A stretch of DNA of 32,265 nt from assembly GCA_051871335.1 (NCBI GenBank), contig JBJECS010000286.1, positions 1 through 32,265 on the forward strand, read 5' to 3'. This stretch comes from Muribaculaceae bacterium (GTDB lineage: Bacteria; Bacteroidota; Bacteroidia; Bacteroidales; Muribaculaceae). The position numbers were made by a program, and so were the translations under genes. The notes under the pieces are model-generated. The model did not search any database. It saw only the letters and a list, made by a program, of their open reading frames with translations, and was not told the DNA's origin. This document shows positions 27,398-32,265 of this stretch, one piece after another (position 1 is the stretch's first letter; every line of letters begins with the position of its first letter).

Positions 27398-28090
27398 ATG
27401 AAACAACCAAAGTTTACACTTACGTTTCTCCTCCTCTCCACTCTTTTCTGCATCTGTCTAATAGTATCTAACCTTGTAGAAATCAAGACAATAGATATAG
27501 GCAATTTCTTCACGATTACGGCAGGTGTGATAGTTTTCCCAATTTCTTACATAATAAACGACTGCATCGTAGAGGTATACGGCTTCCGAAAAGCACGCCT
27601 GATGATATGGCTGGGCTTTGCCGCAAACCTAATCGTATCTCTCCTCTTGCAGCTCGCTATAGAATTACCCGGCGGAGAGACATGGACTCAGCAGGAAGCT
27701 CTGAGCACAATATTCGGCGCTGTGCCACGAATAATGTTTGCCAGCTTTACGGCATTCCTCTGCGGCTCATTTGTTAACGCATACGTCATGAGTCGCATGA
27801 AACGCAGCGACGGCACTCACCATTTCTCCCTCCGCGCCATCGTTTCCACCCTCTGGGGCGAAAGCGTTGACTCGCTGATATTTTTCCCAATAGCCTTTGG
27901 CGGAGTGTTGCCATGGAGCGTAGTATTCTCGCTGATTATCACGCAGGCACTGCTTAAGACCGGATATGAGATTATTATCCTGCCTGTCACTATCCGTGTG
28001 GTAAAAGCGCTCAAGCGGATTGAGGGAGGAAACGAAGTGATTGACAAAGACATTTCATACAAATGGTGGAAAATTTTTGAACTTGAGTGA
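27398..28090 (+). CDS. yhhQ: queuosine precursor (preQ0/preQ1) transporter, YhhQ/DUF165 family
   Basis: I trimmed to MKQPKFTLTFLLL (ATG 27398). It is a polytopic membrane protein with FPISYIINDCIVEVYGF and WGESVDSLIFFPIAF, typical of YhhQ. Confidence 0.85.
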   Translation: MKQPKFTLTFLLLSTLFCICLIVSNLVEIKTIDIGNFFTITAGVIVFPISYIINDCIVEVYGFRKARLMIWLGFAANLIVSLLLQLAIELPGGETWTQQEALSTIFGAVPRIMFASFTAFLCGSFVNAYVMSRMKRSDGTHHFSLRAIVSTLWGESVDSLIFFPIAFGGVLPWSVVFSLIITQALLKTGYEIIILPVTIRVVKALKRIEGGNEVIDKDISYKWWKIFELE

Positions 28091-28091
28091 T

Positions 28092-28808
28092 ATGGCAGCA
28101 ATAGACCTTACAGGAATAGAATGGGTATGGGTAGACCTTGACGACACCTTGTGGGATTTCTCGGGCAATTCCCTAATCTCACTGGCGAAAATCTACGACA
28201 TGCACGATTTGCACCGATTCTACCCAACGATGGAGCAGTGGAGAAACCGTTACCTTGAGGTAAACCACTCGCTGTGGGCTCGCTATAACGTCGGAACTAT
28301 TTCTAAAGACTACCTCCAGCACGAACGCTTTGCCCGTCCGCTGATAGACTGCGGAATGGACGAGAAGGATGCTTATGACTACAGCGAAGTGCTTCACACA
28401 GACTACCTCCGCTTTCTGGGACAGTGCAGTACACTCGTCCCGGGAGCGCGGACTTTGCTTGAAAACATCAAGGCGAGAGGACTTAAAATCGGCGTGTTAA
28501 GCAACGGTTTTAAGGAAGTACAGTATGACAAACTGCGCTCCGGCGGAGTGCTTGACATGATAGACTGTATAGTGCTTAGCGATGAAATCGACATCAACAA
28601 GCCGGACCACCGACTATTTGACTACGCCCTGCTCAAAGCAGGCACCACCGCCAAACAATCAATCATGATTGGAGACAATCCCGACACAGACATAAAAGGC
28701 GCGTTAAATGCCGGTTGGCACGCGGTGTTCTTTAATCGCAACAACCTCCCCATTGAATTTGGAGAAGAGGTAACCACTGTGAAAGACTTGAAGGATATTA
28801 TTGCCTAA
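28092..28808 (+). CDS. HAD-IA family hydrolase (YjjG-like nucleotidase/phosphatase)
   Basis: I trimmed to MAAIDLTGIEWVWVDLDDTLWDF (ATG 28092, 1 nt after the yhhQ stop). HAD motifs are I DLDDT, II VLSNG, III NKPD and IV GDNPDTD. Confidence 0.85.
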   Translation: MAAIDLTGIEWVWVDLDDTLWDFSGNSLISLAKIYDMHDLHRFYPTMEQWRNRYLEVNHSLWARYNVGTISKDYLQHERFARPLIDCGMDEKDAYDYSEVLHTDYLRFLGQCSTLVPGARTLLENIKARGLKIGVLSNGFKEVQYDKLRSGGVLDMIDCIVLSDEIDINKPDHRLFDYALLKAGTTAKQSIMIGDNPDTDIKGALNAGWHAVFFNRNNLPIEFGEEVTTVKDLKDIIA

Positions 28809-28921
28809 TTGATTGCGTTAAACGCATATCAGCCACAATTTGCGATTTAATAGCACATAAATAGCGATGTGTGCCATAAGTTAAGTTTATGTTAAAAAGC
28901 ATATTTTAGAAATAAAATTCG

Positions 28922-28929
28922 TATCTTTG
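28922..28929 (+). promoter_or_regulatory. -7 promoter box TATCTTTG upstream of the 2-oxoacid:ferredoxin oxidoreductase operon
   Basis: Exact TAnnTTTG match, 41 nt before the ATG at 28970. Confidence 0.5.
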
Positions 28930-28969
28930 TATCACAAAAACGAAATAAAGGATAAAAATACAGAAAAAT

Positions 28970-29200
28970 ATGCCTAAAATATACGGTGCAGTTACTATAA
29001 ATGCAGAAAGATGCAAGGGTTGCGAGCTATGTGTAATAGCTTGTCCTACAAAGGTTTTGCAGTTGCAACCTAAAGAGGTGAACAATAAGGGCTACCACTA
29101 TGCCACTGTTGTCAATGCTGAGGCGTGTATTGGTTGTGCGTCGTGCGCGACAGTTTGCCCGGATGCTTGCATCGAAGTGTATAAGGTCATAGAAAAGTAA
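28970..29200 (+). CDS. 4Fe-4S dicluster ferredoxin (delta subunit of 2-oxoacid:ferredoxin oxidoreductase)
   Basis: 76 aa with two CxxCxxCxxxCP motifs: CKGCELCVIACP and CIGCASCATVCP. Confidence 0.88.
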   Translation: MPKIYGAVTINAERCKGCELCVIACPTKVLQLQPKEVNNKGYHYATVVNAEACIGCASCATVCPDACIEVYKVIEK

Positions 29201-29235
29201 TTGTAACAAATTAAGACTCTCTCCCATAATATTAT

Positions 29236-30321
29236 ATGAACCAGGAAGTAAAACTGATGAAGGGTAACGAAGCCATTGCTCATGCGGCTATCCGATACGG
29301 CGTTGACGGATATTTCGGATACCCTATCACCCCTCAGTCTGAAGTACTTGAGACGCTTGAGGCGGAAATGCCGTGGGAAACCACCGGCATGGTTGTCCTT
29401 CAGGCGGAAAGCGAAATTGCATCCATAAATATGGTTTATGGCGGAGCTGCTACCGGCAAAGCTGTCATGACATCTTCCTCAAGCCCGGGTATAAGCCTGA
29501 TGCAAGAGGGTATTTCATATCTCGCTGCCTCTGAGCTGCCTGCGCTGATTGTGAACGTTATGCGCGGCGGACCAGGACTCGGAACTATTCACCCATCGCA
29601 GAGCGACTATTTCCAGGCAACTAAGGGTGGCGGACACGGAGACTATCACCTCATTGTACTCGCCCCGGCTACCGTACAGGAGATGGCTGACTTTGTTGGG
29701 CTTGGCTTTGACCTCGCTTTCAAATACCGCACTCCCGCTATGATTCTCGCCGACGGTATCGTTGGGCAAATGATGGAAAAAGTGGTGTTACCGGAGCCTC
29801 GTCCTCGGCGCACTGAGGAAGAAATAGCACGCCAATGCCCCTGGGCTGCCACCGGACATTCACATGGCAGAAAGCCTAATGTAGTCACCTCTCTGGAGCT
29901 TGACTCTGCAATTATGGAGAAAAACAACGAACGCTTCCAGCTCACATACCGCGAGATTGAGAAAAACGAAGTACGATATGAGTCATATCACACTGAAGAC
30001 GCCGAATACCTCATTGTAGCCTTCGGTACAGTGGCGCGTATCTGCCTCAAGGCTATTGAAGATGCTCGCGCAGAGGGCATCAAGGTCGGTCTTATACGCC
30101 CGATTACCTTATGGCCATTCCCATACGACGCTATCGCAGAGGCGGCAAAAACATGCAAGGGAATACTCGTGACAGAGCTAAATGCCGGACAGATGATAGA
30201 AGACGTAAGACTTGCTGTGGGAAGAAACATGAACGTGCGCCACTTCGGCAGAATGGGTGGTATCGTTCCTAATCCGTCTGAAATTCTCAGCGCACTTAAA
30301 AAAGAACTTATAGGAGAGTAA
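29236..30321 (+). CDS. 2-oxoacid:ferredoxin oxidoreductase alpha subunit (KorA/VorB-type)
   Basis: 361 aa with the N-terminal POR domain signature GNEAIAHAAIRYGVDGYFGYPITPQSE. It sits in an operon with the beta and gamma subunits. Confidence 0.88.
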   Translation: MNQEVKLMKGNEAIAHAAIRYGVDGYFGYPITPQSEVLETLEAEMPWETTGMVVLQAESEIASINMVYGGAATGKAVMTSSSSPGISLMQEGISYLAASELPALIVNVMRGGPGLGTIHPSQSDYFQATKGGGHGDYHLIVLAPATVQEMADFVGLGFDLAFKYRTPAMILADGIVGQMMEKVVLPEPRPRRTEEEIARQCPWAATGHSHGRKPNVVTSLELDSAIMEKNNERFQLTYREIEKNEVRYESYHTEDAEYLIVAFGTVARICLKAIEDARAEGIKVGLIRPITLWPFPYDAIAEAAKTCKGILVTELNAGQMIEDVRLAVGRNMNVRHFGRMGGIVPNPSEILSALKKELIGE

Positions 30322-30325
30322 TACG

Positions 30326-31096
30326 ATGAAACAAGAAGATATAATTTGTCCTGAAAATCGCGTTTACGCGAAACCTCGTCTCCTAAACGATAATACAATG
30401 CACTATTGCCCGGGTTGCAGCCATGGCGTAGTACACCGCATTATCGCCGAAATCCTCGATGAAGAGGGATATGCTGATAATACCGTAGGCGTTGCGCCTG
30501 TGGGTTGTGCTGTATTTGCTTACAAATACATTGACGTCGACTGGGTTGAAGCCGCACACGGACGTGCGCCGGCACTCGCCACCGCTATCAAACGTCTTAA
30601 CCCCGACCGACTTGTCTTTACATATCAGGGTGACGGTGACCTTGCCGCTATCGGCACCGGCGAAACAATCCATGCCGCTAACAGAGCTGAAAATATCACT
30701 ATTATTTTCATAAACAACGGAATTTACGGTATGACCGGAGGACAAATGGCGCCTACAACTCTTGAGGGAATGAAGACCGCTACTACACCTTACGGTCGCC
30801 GCATAGACCTTAACGGATATCCACTTAATATCTCCGAGCTGCTGGCAAAACTCGATGGTACTTGCTACGTCACACGCCAGTCTGTAGATACGCCCGCTGC
30901 GGTAAAAAAAGCAAAGAAAGCTATCGCACAAGCATTTGCCAACTCTATGGCAGGGAGAGGAACGTCTGTTGTGGAAATACTCGGTACTTGCGCTTCCGGC
31001 TGGAAGATGAGTCCTCACGACGCAAACCTGTGGATGCGTGAACACATGGGAGAACATTATCAACTCGGCGACCTAAAAAATGAAGTAAAGCAATGA
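30326..31096 (+). CDS. 2-oxoacid:ferredoxin oxidoreductase beta subunit (TPP-binding, KorB-type)
   Basis: 256 aa with Cys motif CPGCSHG and TPP motif GDGD...NNGIYGMTGGQ. Confidence 0.9.
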   Translation: MKQEDIICPENRVYAKPRLLNDNTMHYCPGCSHGVVHRIIAEILDEEGYADNTVGVAPVGCAVFAYKYIDVDWVEAAHGRAPALATAIKRLNPDRLVFTYQGDGDLAAIGTGETIHAANRAENITIIFINNGIYGMTGGQMAPTTLEGMKTATTPYGRRIDLNGYPLNISELLAKLDGTCYVTRQSVDTPAAVKKAKKAIAQAFANSMAGRGTSVVEILGTCASGWKMSPHDANLWMREHMGEHYQLGDLKNEVKQ

Positions 31097-31632
31097 AACA
31101 AGAAATTATTATAGCAGGCTTTGGCGGACAAGGTGTACTCTCAATGGGAAAAATCCTCGCATACGGTGCGCTGATGAACGACCTTGAAGTGACATGGATG
31201 CCGTCTTACGGACCTGAGCAGCGCGGTGGCACCGCAAACGTCACTGTTGTGATAAGTGATACTCGAATCAGCTCACCTATTGTTGACACATACGACGTGG
31301 CAGTGATACTAAACCAGCAGAGCCTTGACAAATTTGAACACTCAGTAAAGCCCGGTGGACTGCTTATTTACGACCCTTACGGCATTCACCGAATGCCTGA
31401 GCGTAAAGACATCCGAATTATTGAGGTCAAGGCAATGGATGCCACCATCGAATATGGAAACGCTAAGAGCTACAATATGATTCTTCTCGGCTCGCTGATA
31501 AAAGTCGACCCGATTGTATCAATTGATAACGTGCTCAAAGGACTGAAAAAAGTTCTCCCTGAACGTCACCATCACCTACTCCCGGCAAATGAAAAAGCCG
31601 TGAAGATTGGCATGGAGCTCGTGAACGAATAA
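31093..31632 (+). CDS. 2-oxoacid:ferredoxin oxidoreductase gamma subunit (KorC-type)
   Basis: 179 aa with IIAGFGGQGVL and GPEQRGG. Its start overlaps the beta subunit stop by 4 nt (ATGA). Confidence 0.88.
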   Translation: MKQEIIIAGFGGQGVLSMGKILAYGALMNDLEVTWMPSYGPEQRGGTANVTVVISDTRISSPIVDTYDVAVILNQQSLDKFEHSVKPGGLLIYDPYGIHRMPERKDIRIIEVKAMDATIEYGNAKSYNMILLGSLIKVDPIVSIDNVLKGLKKVLPERHHHLLPANEKAVKIGMELVNE

Positions 31633-31648
31633 TAGATTTTTACGAACA

Positions 31649-31691
31649 ATCCTCACCGCATGAAATATGGCGGTGAGGATATATATTTTTT
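31649..31691 (+). terminator. rho-independent terminator after the oxidoreductase operon
   Basis: ATCCTCACCGC (31649-31659) is the exact reverse complement of GCGGTGAGGAT (31670-31680). It is followed by ATATATTTTTT. Confidence 0.8.
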
Positions 31692-31697
31692 ATTAGT

Positions 31698-32265
31698 ATG
31701 ATTTTAGACGCAATAGTATGGGACGTCGACCCCATAATAATTGACTCTTTCGTATCAATTCGGTGGTATGGACTGATGTTTGGCATCGGATTCCTTGTAG
31801 GCTACAAGATAGTAGAAAAAATGTTTAAAAAGGAAAGCGTGCCTGACGACTGGATAGACAAACTTTTGCTGTGGGTTCTCGGAGCCACCGTAATTGGTGC
31901 ACGACTGGGACATGTATTTTTCTATGCTTGGGACCAATACAAAGACGATCCCGTAAAAATTCTTTATGTCTGGGAAGGCGGTCTTGCAAGTCACGGAGGC
32001 ACTATCGCCATTATCATTGCTGTGCTCCTATTCTCTATTATCACAACAAAGCGTACACCGCTGTGGACTTTTGACCGGCTGGTGATACCTATCGCACTCG
32101 TAGGCGCGCTTATACGTTTCGGCAACCTAATGAACAGCGAAATTTTCGGACACCAGACAGACCTGCCCTGGGGATTTATGTTCATCCGCTCTGCTGAGTG
32201 GCACTACTTATACGAGGGACAAGCATGCCACCCAACGCAGATATATGAAGCACTGTGCTATCTCG
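31698..32265 (+). CDS. lgt: prolipoprotein diacylglyceryl transferase, 3'-truncated by the window edge (absent from the ORF track)
   Basis: My translation from ATG 31698 is open to the window end: MILDAIVWDV...SIRWYGLMFGIGF...GARLGHVFFY...VWEGGLASHGGTIA...RFGNLMNSEIFG...PWGF...CHPTQIYEALCYL. These match Lgt signatures (RWYG, GGLASHGG, HPTQIYE). Confidence 0.88.
   Translation, partial: MILDAIVWDVDPIIIDSFVSIRWYGLMFGIGFLVGYKIVEKMFKKESVPDDWIDKLLLWVLGATVIGARLGHVFFYAWDQYKDDPVKILYVWEGGLASHGGTIAIIIAVLLFSIITTKRTPLWTFDRLVIPIALVGALIRFGNLMNSEIFGHQTDLPWGFMFIRSAEWHYLYEGQACHPTQIYEALCYL

Noticed and set aside
1-32265. Scan for CRISPR arrays, tRNA/rRNA genes, IS elements, reverse transcriptase/DGR or retron-like features.
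   Set aside because: I saw no regularly spaced direct repeats, cloverleaf-like sequences, transposase-like ORFs or RT motifs. Intergenic regions are short (at most 318 nt) and are accounted for by promoters and terminators.

Overview
This window looks like a Bacteroidota (Bacteroidales-like) chromosomal segment. The evidence is repeated TAnnTTTG -7 promoter boxes, no Shine-Dalgarno sequences, a T9SS C-terminal sorting domain and DUF4301/DUF4831/DUF4105 genes. About 27 genes are present and most are core housekeeping, in this order:
- cdaA (5' partial), sppA, lpxK, a trimeric-type purine nucleoside phosphorylase and thiL
- DUF4301 (minus strand), nnr and a DUF4831-like secreted protein
- fabD and an FprA-type flavodiiron protein (both minus strand)
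- secA, rnhB and a GH13 lipoprotein
- yhhQ plus a HAD hydrolase
- a four-subunit 2-oxoacid:ferredoxin oxidoreductase operon, then lgt (3' partial, absent from the ORF track because it runs off the window)

The accessory or unusual content is:
1. A solitary tyrosine recombinase wedged between cdaA and sppA, with nearby palindromic and inverted-repeat DNA.
2. A 1366-aa T9SS cargo protein built from tandem ~100-120 aa modules.
3. An AT-rich islet (~18.1-18.96 kb) with a GNAT toxin-like gene split by a frameshift, preceded by an untracked 48-codon ORF that contains an A8 run.
4. An overlapping DUF4105 / alkaline-phosphatase-superfamily gene pair.
5. A preQ1-I-like riboswitch just upstream of yhhQ, which is tightly coupled to a HAD phosphatase.

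I saw no rRNA, tRNA, CRISPR array, transposase or reverse transcriptase. I do not see a convincing multi-gene novel system. The best leads are the degenerate GNAT cassette, the riboswitch-yhhQ-HAD unit and the recombinase-adjacent repeats, and all need database or read-level checks that I cannot run.
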